From positions 684,168 to 748,167 of the forward strand of contig JBMNGZ010000005.1 of NCBI GenBank assembly GCA_050950105.1: DNA of 64,000 bases. The letters are read 5' to 3'. Below the pieces are notes generated by a model. It had not been told where the DNA came from, made no database searches, and saw only the letters and a list, made by a program, of their open reading frames with translations. This document shows positions 1 to 10,367 of the stretch, in pieces (the stretch's first letter is position 1; each line of letters starts with the position of its first letter). The stretch is from Candidatus Hydrogenedentales bacterium. Its GTDB lineage: Bacteria; Hydrogenedentota; Hydrogenedentia; Hydrogenedentales; SLHB01. The translations under genes were made by a program, and so were the position numbers.

Positions 1-927
1 GCAGCGGGTGGGGGGCCGGCTCCATCGCTTCAAACGACACATCTTTGCGGTGATTCGGGAAACTGATGAGATCTTTCATGTTGTGGTAGCGCGCCCCCGC
101 GATCAGCGTGTCGTATTGGGTGATTTTCATCCGTTCCTCGCAGCAATTGCAGCAGTTCCATCGGCATGGTGGCGTCGTGCACCAGCCGGGTGGGGCGGCC
201 CGCTTTCCGCTGCTTCAGCACGCGCTCCATCTTGCGCACGTGGCCTTCAGAGAAATCGTTGTCGATATCCAGCTGGGCGTCGCGGGAGATCTTGAACTCG
301 TAGGCGCCGATGCGTTCGTAGTCGAAGATGTAGAAGATGTCGTTCAGCGCATGCCGGATGAGATCGTCCACGTACATGATCGCGCCGTTGGGCAGCTCCA
401 CGAAGCGCGGGATGCTCGGGCGGGATCTCGAGAATCGCATAGCGCACCGGGTCCCCCCACATCTTCACTCCGAAATAGAGGGCGCCGTCCGTCAGCTGGG
501 GGAATGGCTGCGATTTGCGGAGAATGATCGGCACGAGGCTCGGCAGCACGTGTTCTCTGAAATAGTCGTCCAGCCAGGGGCCGAATTCCTGGGCGCAGTG
601 TTCAATGTCGTGCTCATTCAGGATCCGGATCCCCTGGGATGCAAGCTCGGACGCGATGTCTCCGTAGGCGGCGCGGAACCGTTCGTCCAGTTCTCGGGCC
701 TTGTGCGCGAGGACCTCGAGCACGTCCTGCATGCCGCTGTGCCCCAGCTCGATCCGGCGCTGCACGCTGGCAACACGCACCTTGAAGAATTCGTCCATAT
801 TGGAGGAAAAGATACCCAGGAATTTCAGACGCTCCATGGACGGGTTACGCCGGTCCTCGGCTTCCTGAAGCACCCGTTCGTTGAAGGAGAGCGCTGACAC
901 CTCGCGAATCTGATGGACGTTTTGCAT
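1..927 (-). CDS. ppk: Polyphosphate kinase 1, N-terminal ~300 codons. The gene runs off the window start. Frame break near 420-440 joins ORFs 247..927 and 30..440.
   Basis: N-terminus MQNVHQIREVSALSFNERVLQEAEDRRNPSMERLKFLGIFSSNMDEFFKVRVA matches the PPK1 N-domain. The continuation in a second frame (FVELPNGAIMYVDDLIRHAL...) shows a frameshift. Confidence 0.8.
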
Positions 928-1043
928 GCCGTTTCCTGCCCAGGGGCCCGCTTCAACAACCGGGCACGGGCTGGATGAATGCTGCGCTCTCAGGTTGCTA
1001 TGATAAGCGCTGCGATAGCCCGTTCCGGTGGGCGGAGGACTTT

Positions 1044-2107
1044 ATGAGACACCATTTTACTGCTGAATACAAGCCGTTACCGAGGTATGGGCGGTGGATA
1101 CTGCTGGCACTGGCCTTTGCGACAGTCCCTCTGGCCGGGGCACAGCCGCCGGCAGCGGCCCGGGCCGCCGGGCAGCCACAGATGTCCGGCCCGCTGGTGT
1201 GTGATGCACCGGTCTACGATTTTGGCGAACGCGACAATTTCACCCGGGTGACTCACCGGTTTCAATTGAGAAACACGGGTTCCGAGCCGCTGGACATCAA
1301 TCGCGTCTTGACCACCTGCGGATGCACCGTCGCGAACCTTAAACAAAGAACACTCGCCCCGGGGGAATCCGTTCCCCTGGAGGTCGAAGTGTCATTCGAG
1401 GGACGCACGGGCGTGTTCGAAAAGCATCTCTTCGTCCTGTATGGCGGGAAGGCCCAGAACAGAGTACAGCTCACCATGAAAGGCATGGCGGTGGAACACC
1501 TCCGTATCACCCCGCCGACAGTCAATCTGAGCAATTCCGCGATGGACCACGCCAGTGAGAGCAGCACAACCATCGAGCGCTGGAGGGGGCCTCTGCATTC
1601 AAACTGCGCGAGGTCAAGACAAATAGCCCCTACCTCGAGCTGACCGCTGAAACCAGCCCGGATGGCCTGAAACATACCATTCATGTGCGGACCCGGCCGC
1701 CCCTCCCTCTGGGCGTCTCTCCGGCGCAAATTCACGTTTTCACCGACAGCGACGCATACCCCGTGCTGGAGATCCCCGTGGCGCTCCGCGGAGTCGACAA
1801 GATCGAGGTGGTGCCTAAAGAAGTCGTGGTGTATGACAAAGGGACCGGCGATGCCGACACCGCAATCCGGTTCTTGAACGTGATACCCGGCAGCGTGTCC
1901 CAATTCACGGTAACTGGAGTCGAAACGCCCGGAGCAGGCATCGTCTCAGAGGTCATCCCACGCCCGGAGAACCGCTACCTCATCAGGCTGCAGAATCTTC
2001 CGGCGGATCCGGCCTTCGAGGGCAAAGACATCGTGATTTTGACCGATGTCCCCGGCCGGGAACGAGTTTCTGTGCCGTTGCACATCAAAAAATATCCCGC
2101 TCCATGA
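1044..2107 (+). CDS. Secreted DUF1573-domain protein. Frame break near 1575-1590; the ORF 975..1643 continues in the 1685..2107 frame.
   Basis: Signal-peptide-like RWILLALAFATVPLAGA, then FDFGE...TGSEPL...TTCGCT (the DUF1573 hallmark). The downstream frame reads KLREVKTNSPYLELTAETSPDG. A homopolymer 'aggggg' sits at the junction. Confidence 0.6.
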
Positions 2108-2206
2108 ATCGGGCCCTCTCCAAGCCGTCCAGGCCAAATCTCTGCTGCGCTGGCCCACGTTTCGGACGGGGCGGCTCATTTATTCACGGAAAGCGGGGAG
2201 GGCGGT

Positions 2207-3430
2207 TTACGGGGCGCTGTCTTTGAATACCCGTCGCAGCGCCTCCAGATAGGCCATGCCGTTGCGGGTGTCCGGTTCAAGATAGCTGCCTTCGGTCCAT
2301 TCGTTCCAGCAATTGATGGTGATGATGCGCTTCGACGGAGGCAGCGTATCCGCGAGCGCTCTGACCGCACGCAGCCCCTCTTCGAAGGCCTGGGGGTCAT
2401 TCTCCGAGATCGTCGCCATGAAGGGGTACCCGGAGTACGTAAACTCATTGTCCAAATGGCAGCGGGGCGACGAGTCCCAGCCCATGGTCACGTTGGGGAA
2501 ATACGGCACGGGATACCGCGGGGCGGCCTCGTTCCAATGTTCGACGTATTGGTCCCGCACGTAAGCGTAGGGCGTTTGAGGAAATTGCGGCAGCGGGACG
2601 TGGTGGATCCAGACATACGACGTGACGCTGTCGAAGCCCAGCAGCGGCACAAGCTCCTCCGGTTTGGATACCGCGGTCTCACCCGGCAGGATGCGCACGC
2701 CAAAGGTCACGGCGTTCAGATGCAGGCCCGCGAACCCCGCCGCGATGGTCTTTTCGCGGAACCGCTCGAGCGCCGCGCGGGTGGCCTCGAGACTTCCGAA
2801 GCTCTGGATGAGGGTATGCAGTTCATAGACCGAAAAGTAAGGGCAGCCGTCGATTTGCCAGTGGCAGGGGTGTTTGAAATAGGTCTCGATAATGTAGTCG
2901 GTCATCTGCTCAAACGTTTCCGGCGTCACCGTGCCCGGATACAGCACGGCGCTCGGTTTGTCAGAGCGCGCGGGATGGATGTCCAGCCAGTCGTGATTGG
3001 CCCACATCAGGGCGAATTTCATGCGATCGCGGTTCGTGGCCTTCATGAAGCCGTCTTCCAGGCCTCGCTGCAGGAACGGACCGTCGTCATACCAGTACCA
3101 GTCAAAGATAAACACGTCGACCCCGTGGTCGGCCGCGGCCGTGATCTTTGCGGCCATCGCTTCGGGATCGGATTCGTCGGTATAGCCCCAGAGCGGCACA
3201 TTCGGCTGTTGATGGCCCTCGAAGCGCGGCCGGGACGTTTTGACCAATTCCCATTCTGTCCAGCCTTCGCCGTGCTGCTTCGCGTTGCGCGCGTCCGGAT
3301 GGTAGTTGGGGAAATAATAGGCGGCAACCGTATACCTGTTGGGCATGGACTGTTCCGTTTCGGGTGTTTGCGCCGATTCAACTGCGCCGTGCGTGTAGAA
3401 AATAGTCAAGGTCAACAGTGCGGTATACAT
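2207..3430 (-). CDS. Secreted WbsX-like / GH99-fold protein (PF14307-like)
   Basis: Signal peptide present. N-terminal AAYYFPNYHPDARNAKQHGEGWTEWELV resembles the WbsX 'YLPQFH...WWGKGFTEW' motif. Assignment from memory of motifs only. Confidence 0.5.
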   Translation of the reverse strand: MYTALLTLTIFYTHGAVESAQTPETEQSMPNRYTVAAYYFPNYHPDARNAKQHGEGWTEWELVKTSRPRFEGHQQPNVPLWGYTDESDPEAMAAKITAAADHGVDVFIFDWYWYDDGPFLQRGLEDGFMKATNRDRMKFALMWANHDWLDIHPARSDKPSAVLYPGTVTPETFEQMTDYIIETYFKHPCHWQIDGCPYFSVYELHTLIQSFGSLEATRAALERFREKTIAAGFAGLHLNAVTFGVRILPGETAVSKPEELVPLLGFDSVTSYVWIHHVPLPQFPQTPYAYVRDQYVEHWNEAAPRYPVPYFPNVTMGWDSSPRCHLDNEFTYSGYPFMATISENDPQAFEEGLRAVRALADTLPPSKRIITINCWNEWTEGSYLEPDTRNGMAYLEALRRVFKDSAP

Positions 3431-3568
3431 GGTGTTTCTCCCTGCCAGCGTTGGGCATTAGCTTAGCCGCTGGAACAACCGTAAGCAAACCGCCGAATGC
3501 GGCATAATTGAGCGCAAAACACACGAGAAACAGCATCGTATCGGCCAAATAGCCGGGAACGGCTGGCA

Positions 3569-3989
3569 CATTCACGTTCTAAGTGCACTGGAAGCGATTT
3601 TTCGTTTCTGCAGGAAGATTTCAGTGGGTGCTTGCTATCCGAGGCATTTTGGGGGCGATTGTTGAGTTCATCGACTATTTCCAGGAGTTTTTCTAATGTA
3701 GGGGTGGCCCACCGAGGCCGCGTATCCGGATCGTCCCTGCGGCTGCGTTAAAGAAGGGAAGACCCCGTGTCTGCCCATCCGGATAGCCCCAGCACATCTG
3801 GCGATCCCCTGGCGTTCGCGCTCCGGTTGTAGGGGCAGACCCCTGTGTCTGCCCATCCGGATAGCCCCAGTGGCTGCCTTTAAGAAGGGCAGACACAGGG
3901 GTCTGCCCTTACGCGCGGCGTAACTCCCGAACAAGACTCATCTACAGAAATGGGCCCAACCCAAAAACCGTGCACTTTAGTATTAGAAT
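3569..3989 (-). mobile_element. Degenerate IS30-family element, ~420 bp, transposase gene deleted. Structure: IRR (CATTCACGTTCTAAGTGCAC), antisense remnant of the last ~40 transposase codons (frameshifted), three GTAG-initiated REP-like palindromes, ~60 bp of 5' UTR, and IRL (rc CATTCTAATACTAAAGTGCACGG).
   Basis: Imperfect terminal inverted repeats, 16/21 match. Minus-strand translation gives TLEKLLEIVDELNNRPQN..., which matches the IS30 transposase C-terminal LNNRPRK motif region. The ends are shared with locus 2 at 43343 and 43679. Confidence 0.55.
3700..3912. repeat. Cluster of REP-like GC-rich palindromic units, consensus GTAGGGGCAGACCCC(C)GTGTCTGCCCATCCGGATAGCCCCAG plus inverted variants
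   Basis: A direct ~37-bp repeat occurs twice (3756-3792 and 3833-3869), with an inverted copy at 3873-3910. Each unit has an 8-bp stem GGGCAGAC/GTCTGCCC. The same units recur at 43.8-45.0 kb. Confidence 0.75.
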
Positions 3990-4085
3990 GCGCGGCTTTT
4001 GTCGGTGGAAGAAATCTTACGTCGAGACTGCTACAATGCCCTCGATGACATCTCGGAAAAATCCACCATCGGGGAGGACGGATAA

Positions 4086-7000
4086 ATGCTCGTGCAATGG
4101 ACGCGTTTCACATTAATTCTGGGGGCCGTGGCAGCGTTCACATTGCCGGTCAGTCTGGCGCAAACCGTGGATGTGCCCAACGCATCTTTTGAGGAAGGAC
4201 AGGACGGGCCGGCTGCCTGGACGCTGTCCGGCGGCTCGGGCCAATGGCTCGACGGCGAGGCGTCCAGTGGCTCGCGCGCCATCCAGGTGACGGGCACCAG
4301 CGACAGCAGCAACTTCTGGCGTTCCGGCCCGATCGCGCTCGAACCGTCATCCGTGTACATGGTGAAATTCGACGCACGAAACTGGGGCGGCAGCGGCGGG
4401 ACGGCTATCACCGGCCCGAGCTTCTGCAACCGGGATCTGGGCGCGCTCACTGGCGAATGGAAGCCATACAGCTCGGTCTTCTTCACTCCGGAGAAAGAAG
4501 CGCCGGGGGAGGAGGGACTCCGGTTTGGCCAATGGCAGCATGGGGGAGCGATGGCGTTCGACAATGTGACCGTCTTTGCCGTGCAGCCTCTATACGTCGA
4601 CCAGGAAGGCATACGTTTAGGAGAGGGTGAGCGCATCGATGGCCTCACCTACACTTTTACTGCGCCGCATTATTCGGTTTCACGTAATCAGAGCCGGCCG
4701 TTGATCAGGCAGCAGTGCCATTTCAACACCAATCGATGGAGCTTTGGCGCCGGTAGTGAACTCGTCTACCGCCATCAGTTGGCTGGCCGCCACCAGGTCG
4801 ATGCCGGCATCGAGGTAAGCCTTTCCTATCATTCGGCCGGCCGTCTGACCGCAGAAGCCTCTTTGGATGGAAAGGATTGGACGCCCATCGGAGAGGCTGC
4901 CGAAGATGGCGGCGGGTCCTTTACCCTACCGGAAAATCTCTTCCCTGCGAATGAAATCTACGTCCGGTTGCGGGGAGTGGTGGGCGACGCTGCTGAAGGC
5001 CGCGCCGGTTCCTGTTCCTTCACGCTGAACGGCTATACGTACCGGGCAACACTGGACGGCTCCCCCGTCATGGCTCAAGGCGGGACCCGCTTCGTCGCCG
5101 TGACGGACGCAACCCCGGGCGCGAACGTGACCGTCGACTCCCTCGGCGATGCCCTGCCCGGCGGCGCGAACACAATCCGCCTGCTGGTAGACAACCGCGC
5201 CGATGCCCCGGTCTCCGTTACGCCCACGGTTTCGCTTACGGGGGACGGCGGAAGACTGGAGCAGGACTGCCCTTCGGTAGAGCTGTCCGCCGGAGCCAGC
5301 GTTCTGGAGATCCCCTATGAAGTGCCGGGTTCGGGCTCCTTCGCTCTCGAAGTCGCACTCGAGCCGGGGCCGGTGTTTGCATTCCACGCCGATTTCCACG
5401 TGCCCCACCTTTTTGAGACCGGCTACGGAGAGCGTGTGCCCGGGTCTACGGCCGATGTCGCGTTGTGGCGCGCTTCCTCCGGATGGAAGATCGCCCAGAC
5501 CCGCCCTGCACCGACCCGTCAAGCCGATGCGGTCCAAGTGCGCCTCGCCCGGAATGAGGCCGAGGCCGTCCAGTTTGTGATTACGCCCCAGCGGCCGCTG
5601 ACGGGATTGACCGTCACGGCTGGCGATCTGGCCGGTCCCGCCGGCGCGCTGCTTCCCGCATCCGCCGTGGAGGTGTTGCGGGTGCGTTATGTCGATGTCG
5701 TGTACCCCACCGACGAGACCGGTGTGGCCGCGCCGTGGCCCGATCCATTGCCGCCGTTCCGTGGCCCTATCGACGTAGCGGCGGGCATGAACCAGCCTGT
5801 CTGGGTTCGAGTGAACACGCCCAAAGATCAACCCGCGGGCATCTATCGCGGTTCGCTTCGTGTGACTGCGGATGGATTTACGGCGGAAACGCCCCTGGAA
5901 GTCGAGGTTTACGATTTTGAACTCCCGGATCGAATGACCTGCGTCTCGGCCTTTGGTTTCTCACCCGGGCTCGTGTTCGAGTATCAGAAGCTCAGCGACC
6001 CGGAGCAACGGCGCGAAGTCATGGACAAATACCTCAGCAACTTCAGCCGGCACCATATTTCGCCCTATGACCCGGTGCCTCTGGATGCCATCGGGCTGAC
6101 ATGGAGCGGTTTACCCAAGTGGCAGGGCGGCGAGACGGATACGGAAACAAAAAAGAGCGGCCATGCCTCGCGCTTCTTGAATGACCCGCATACGGACCAG
6201 AATGTCTCGCTCAATTATGCCGATCGCCTATCCATACCCGAGAAGGGGCTGCGCGTGCGTTTCTGGTACAAAACGAAGGAACCCGGCCAGCGCTTCCTGA
6301 CCTCGATCCGGCATTTCGACGCCTCGGGCACGTGGATGTCCGGCCGAAATCTCGATATCATCAGCACCGGAGACGGTTCATGGCAGTCCTTCGAGCGCAC
6401 GATCTCGACATTCCCCGAGGGGGCGCACTCCTGTGCCTTTGCCGTGTTTCCCACCCTGTGGAGCGATGCCGGCGAAACCACCGGAGCCCTATGGCTCGAT
6501 GAGATCGTTATTGAAGATGCGGGGACGGGCCAGGCGCTAAGCGATGAAGAGGGATTCGAGGGTACCGCGCCCGACCGCATTCAGCCTGTTTTCGATTGGA
6601 CCAACTGGGATCGCGCCATGACCCACGCGATCGACGAACTGGGCTTCAACTCATTCAAGTTGCCGGTTCAGGGTCTGGGCGGCGGCACATTCCACTCCCG
6701 CTACGAGCCGTCCTTGCTCGGGTATGCCGAAGACACCCCGGAGTATCAACACATCTTCCGGACCTATGTGCAGGGTCTACAGGAACATCTCCGTGAAAAA
6801 GGCTGGCTCGACGAGGCCTATGTCTACTGGTTTGACGAACCGGATCCCAAAGACTATGAATTTGTCATGAACGGGTTCCGTAAGCTCAAGGAAAACGCGC
6901 CCGATATCAACCGCATGCTCACCGAGCAGATCGAACCCGAGCTGATCGGCGGACCCAACATCTGGTGCCCGCTGACGCCCGCCTACGATTTCGAGGCCGC

Positions 7001-7604
7001 GGAAGAGCGCCGCGCCGCAGGCGACAAGTTCTGGTGGTATGTCTGCACCGGGCCCAAAGCCCCGTATGCGACCCTGTTCATAGACCATCCGGGGACCGAA
7101 CTGCGCGTCTGGCTCTGGCAGACCTGGGAAAATAAGGTCGAGGGCATCCTCGTGTGGCAGAGCAACTATTGGACCAGCTCCGTCGCCTATCCGGATGCGC
7201 GACAGAACCCGTATGAAGATCCGATGGGTTGGGTGACCGGCTACAGCACCCCCGCAGGCACCCGGCGGCCTTGGGGGAACGGGGACGGACGATTCATCTA
7301 TCCGCCCGAAGCCGCCGCTGACGGCGCCTCTGCGGAGCCGGTGCTGGAGGGGCCCGTCGACAGCATCCGCTGGGAGATGTTGCGCGATGGCGTCGAGGAT
7401 TACGAATACTTTGTCATTCTCGAGAGGCTCTTCGAGGCGCGCCGGGAACAGATCCCCCTGGAAGAACGGGGGCTCTATGAAGGACTGCTGGAGGTTCCGG
7501 ACAGCATTTCAAAGAGCCTGACGGAGTTCACGAAAGATCCGACCCCGCTGGAGACGCGCCGCGATGCGATCGCCCGGGCTATCGAGGCGCTGAGCCGCCG
7601 CTAG
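4086..7604 (+). CDS. Large secreted DUF4091-domain protein, putative GH123-like glycoside hydrolase with N-terminal carbohydrate-binding-like region
   Basis: Signal peptide present. C-terminal region WWYVCTGP...ILVWQSNYW...GDGRFIYPP...SIRWEMLRDGVEDYEYFVIL matches the DUF4091 signature. Confidence 0.6.
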   Translation: MLVQWTRFTLILGAVAAFTLPVSLAQTVDVPNASFEEGQDGPAAWTLSGGSGQWLDGEASSGSRAIQVTGTSDSSNFWRSGPIALEPSSVYMVKFDARNWGGSGGTAITGPSFCNRDLGALTGEWKPYSSVFFTPEKEAPGEEGLRFGQWQHGGAMAFDNVTVFAVQPLYVDQEGIRLGEGERIDGLTYTFTAPHYSVSRNQSRPLIRQQCHFNTNRWSFGAGSELVYRHQLAGRHQVDAGIEVSLSYHSAGRLTAEASLDGKDWTPIGEAAEDGGGSFTLPENLFPANEIYVRLRGVVGDAAEGRAGSCSFTLNGYTYRATLDGSPVMAQGGTRFVAVTDATPGANVTVDSLGDALPGGANTIRLLVDNRADAPVSVTPTVSLTGDGGRLEQDCPSVELSAGASVLEIPYEVPGSGSFALEVALEPGPVFAFHADFHVPHLFETGYGERVPGSTADVALWRASSGWKIAQTRPAPTRQADAVQVRLARNEAEAVQFVITPQRPLTGLTVTAGDLAGPAGALLPASAVEVLRVRYVDVVYPTDETGVAAPWPDPLPPFRGPIDVAAGMNQPVWVRVNTPKDQPAGIYRGSLRVTADGFTAETPLEVEVYDFELPDRMTCVSAFGFSPGLVFEYQKLSDPEQRREVMDKYLSNFSRHHISPYDPVPLDAIGLTWSGLPKWQGGETDTETKKSGHASRFLNDPHTDQNVSLNYADRLSIPEKGLRVRFWYKTKEPGQRFLTSIRHFDASGTWMSGRNLDIISTGDGSWQSFERTISTFPEGAHSCAFAVFPTLWSDAGETTGALWLDEIVIEDAGTGQALSDEEGFEGTAPDRIQPVFDWTNWDRAMTHAIDELGFNSFKLPVQGLGGGTFHSRYEPSLLGYAEDTPEYQHIFRTYVQGLQEHLREKGWLDEAYVYWFDEPDPKDYEFVMNGFRKLKENAPDINRMLTEQIEPELIGGPNIWCPLTPAYDFEAAEERRAAGDKFWWYVCTGPKAPYATLFIDHPGTELRVWLWQTWENKVEGILVWQSNYWTSSVAYPDARQNPYEDPMGWVTGYSTPAGTRRPWGNGDGRFIYPPEAAADGASAEPVLEGPVDSIRWEMLRDGVEDYEYFVILERLFEARREQIPLEERGLYEGLLEVPDSISKSLTEFTKDPTPLETRRDAIARAIEALSRR

Positions 7605-7699
7605 CGGAGGTCATAGGGACCGCCGCAGAAGAGCCGTTTGGGAAACCGGCGCGGTACTCTCTTCGTGGCGCCCAGGATTGAGCGCTGCCCGCGGAAAGA

Positions 7700-8779
7700 T
7701 CAGAGCGTGGCAACCCGGTTGGCGATCTCGTCACCGATCTGGGTGGTCGAGAGCCCGCATTCCTGGATCTCTCGGGCCGACATGCCCGAAAGCCGGCCGC
7801 TCTTCAAAAAGTCGACGCAGGCCGTTTCAACCAGCTGCGCGGCCTCCTGCTCGCCCAGGTAATCAAGCATCATCTGCCCGGCGAAAATGCACGCCAGCGG
7901 GTTGATCACGTTTAAGCCCGTGTATTTCGGCGCGCTGCCGCCGATAGGCTCAAACATCGATACGCCCTCAGGATTGATGTTGCCGCCCGCGGCGATGCCC
8001 ATGCCGCCCTGTACCATGGCGCCCAGGTCCGTGATGATGTCGCCGAACATGTTGCCGGTCACGATCACATCGAACCATTCGGGGTTTTTAACCATCCACA
8101 TGGTGATGGCGTCGACGTGGGCGTATTCGCGCTTGATATCAGGATACCGGGCCGCGCCCATCTCATGAAACGCGCGTTCCCAGAGGTCGTATACGTAGGT
8201 GAGCACGTTGGTTTTTCCGCACAGGGTCAGCGTGTTTGTCTTATTCCGCTTGCGGGCGATGTCGAACGCGAACTTCAGGCAGCGGTCCACTTCAAAGCGG
8301 GTATAGACCATGCACTGCTCGGCCACCTCGTGGGGAGTGCCCTTCTTTTGGACTCCGCCAAAGCCCGTGTAGAGCCCCGCGGAATTCTCTCGAATGACCA
8401 CAAAATCGATGTCTTCCGGGCCCTTGTTCTTGATCGGGGTCTCGATGTTTGGATAGAGCTTGACCGGGCGCAGATTGATATATTGATCCAGCTCAAAGCG
8501 GGTCCGCAGAAGGATGCCTTTTTCCAGAATGCCGGGTTTGACGTCGGGATGTCCGATCGCGCCCAGAAGGATCGCGTCGTGCCGGCGGAATTCGTCCAAC
8601 GCGGAATCCGGCAGGATCTCGCCGGTCGCCAGGTAGCGCTCGCCGCCGAAATCGTAATCCGTCGTTTCCAGGGTGATGTTGCAGCGGGCAGCGGCCGCGC
8701 GGACGACTTTCATCGCTTCCGCCAGCACTTCCGGGCCCGTCCCGTCTCCGCCTATCAAAGCCACCGTGTAGTTTGACAT
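7700..8779 (-). CDS. leuB: Isopropylmalate / tartrate dehydrogenase family (beta-decarboxylating dehydrogenase), leuB-like
   Basis: MSNYTVALIGGDGTGPEV ... YINLRPV ... IRENSAGLY ... NMFGDIITDLGA ... GSAP. Classic IDH/IMDH motifs, ~360 aa. Symbol uncertain; tartrate dehydrogenase is possible. Confidence 0.75.
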   Translation of the reverse strand: MSNYTVALIGGDGTGPEVLAEAMKVVRAAAARCNITLETTDYDFGGERYLATGEILPDSALDEFRRHDAILLGAIGHPDVKPGILEKGILLRTRFELDQYINLRPVKLYPNIETPIKNKGPEDIDFVVIRENSAGLYTGFGGVQKKGTPHEVAEQCMVYTRFEVDRCLKFAFDIARKRNKTNTLTLCGKTNVLTYVYDLWERAFHEMGAARYPDIKREYAHVDAITMWMVKNPEWFDVIVTGNMFGDIITDLGAMVQGGMGIAAGGNINPEGVSMFEPIGGSAPKYTGLNVINPLACIFAGQMMLDYLGEQEAAQLVETACVDFLKSGRLSGMSAREIQECGLSTTQIGDEIANRVATL

Positions 8780-8929
8780 GCTCGACTCCCCTTCCCGTTG
8801 ATGACGAATGACTCTCGGGCGTGCAGCGCCGCCAGGAAGACGAAATGGTAGCACGCAGCGGGGAGGGATGCAAAAGGAGGAGGGTGGCGAAAATCCAAGC
8901 GCGCCGCATCCGAAGCTTTGGCGAAGGCG

Positions 8930-10231
8930 TTATCCTCTTCCGACGCTGAAATACTGAAACCCGTTCTGCTTCAGGGTGGCGGGAGTATATAAGTTGCGGC
9001 CATCGAAAATGACGCGTTCGCGCATGAGTCCGGCCATTCGGTCGTAGTCCGGGCGGCGGAATTCGTTCCATTCGGTGCAGATGACGAGCCCGTCGGCGTC
9101 TGCCAGCGCGTCGTAATTTTTGGCGGCCACCCGGATGCGATCACCGTACAGCGCCGCCAGTTGTTTGCCCGCGACGGGGTCATAGGCGTGGATGGTCATC
9201 CCGGCATCCAGCAGGGCATCAATCACGCGCAGGGCCGGCGCGCCGCGCAGGTCGTCGGTACGGGGTTTGAATGTCGCCCCCCAGACGGCGATCTGCTTCT
9301 GCGCGACCGCGTCCCCATAAAACGACAGAATACGCTCGATGAAGCGGCGCAATGCCGTGTCGTTTACAGCGGCGGCGGCATGCAGCATGGACGCGTCGAG
9401 CCCCATCGATTTGGCCCAGGCCGCGCTGGCGATCACGTCTTTGGGCAGGCAGGAGCCCCCAAAACCCAGCCCGGGAAAGAGGTAGCCGGCGCCGATCCGT
9501 CCATCCGCGGCGACCGCTTCCCTCACATGCGACACGTCGGCGCCGGCGGCTTCGCAGAAGATGGCGAATTCGTTCATCACGGAGATGCGGGCGGCAAGCA
9601 TGGCGTTTACGGCGAGTTTGCTCATTTCGGCGCTGGCGAGGTCCATCGCCAGGAAGGGTTTGCCGGTACGCAGGAACGGCGCGTACAGCTCGCGCATGAT
9701 CTCCAGCACACGGACATCTTTGCACCCGATCACGATGCGGTCGGGTCGCAGAAAATCGTCAACCGCGGCGCCTTCCTTGATGAACTCGGGATTGGCCACG
9801 ACATCAAATTCGTGGGAGGTGAGTTCTCTCATGCGCTTGGCGAGCCGCGCGGTAGAACCGGCAGGCCCCGTGCTTTTGTTGACGATGATGCGGTAGCCAT
9901 CCATGACCTGGGCCACCTGTTCGGCCGCGCCAATCAAGGCGGAGAGGTCGTGTTCGCCAGATTCCAGTAGCGGTGTGCCCACACAGAGGACTACCAGAAG
10001 AGACTGGGACACGGCCTCCCTGAGGTCGCAGGTGAAGCTGAGGCGTTCTTCCTCGATGTTACGGGTGAGCAGTTCCTCCAATCCCGGCTCGTAAATGGGC
10101 ATTTCGCCCCGTTTGAGCCGGTCGATCCGGTTTTCGTCGACATCGACGCAGATGACGCGGTGGCCCGTATCGGCAAGGCAGGTGCCGACTACAAGACCCA
10201 CATAGCCCGTCCCAATGACCGAAATCTGCAT
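8930..10231 (-). CDS. ugd: UDP-glucose 6-dehydrogenase
   Basis: MQISVIGTGYVGLVVGTCLADTGHRVICVDVD ... GGSCLPKDV ... YDPVA. UDPG/GDP-mannose dehydrogenase family. Confidence 0.85.
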   Translation of the reverse strand: MQISVIGTGYVGLVVGTCLADTGHRVICVDVDENRIDRLKRGEMPIYEPGLEELLTRNIEEERLSFTCDLREAVSQSLLVVLCVGTPLLESGEHDLSALIGAAEQVAQVMDGYRIIVNKSTGPAGSTARLAKRMRELTSHEFDVVANPEFIKEGAAVDDFLRPDRIVIGCKDVRVLEIMRELYAPFLRTGKPFLAMDLASAEMSKLAVNAMLAARISVMNEFAIFCEAAGADVSHVREAVAADGRIGAGYLFPGLGFGGSCLPKDVIASAAWAKSMGLDASMLHAAAAVNDTALRRFIERILSFYGDAVAQKQIAVWGATFKPRTDDLRGAPALRVIDALLDAGMTIHAYDPVAGKQLAALYGDRIRVAAKNYDALADADGLVICTEWNEFRRPDYDRMAGLMRERVIFDGRNLYTPATLKQNGFQYFSVGRG

Positions 10232-10367
10232 GGATTGGTTTCCTCCGAGGAGCGCAGACTGTTCCGGGAGCCTCAACGGCCGCGTGGCGTGGTCCCGGAT
10301 GCGGTAAAAAGGCTTGCGGGAGCCCGCGCCGAGCGGGCTCCCGCATCAACGACGCCGGATTCGGGCA

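Noticed and set aside
4926-5831. Long antisense ORFs inside confirmed genes (e.g. 4926..5831, 10314..11489, 11727..12812, 16211..16891, 17755..18915, 18803..20842, 35965..37365, 56715..58094)
   Set aside because: These are typical high-GC shadow ORFs opposite well-supported genes. Their translations are low-complexity and Arg/Ala/Gly-rich with no motifs.
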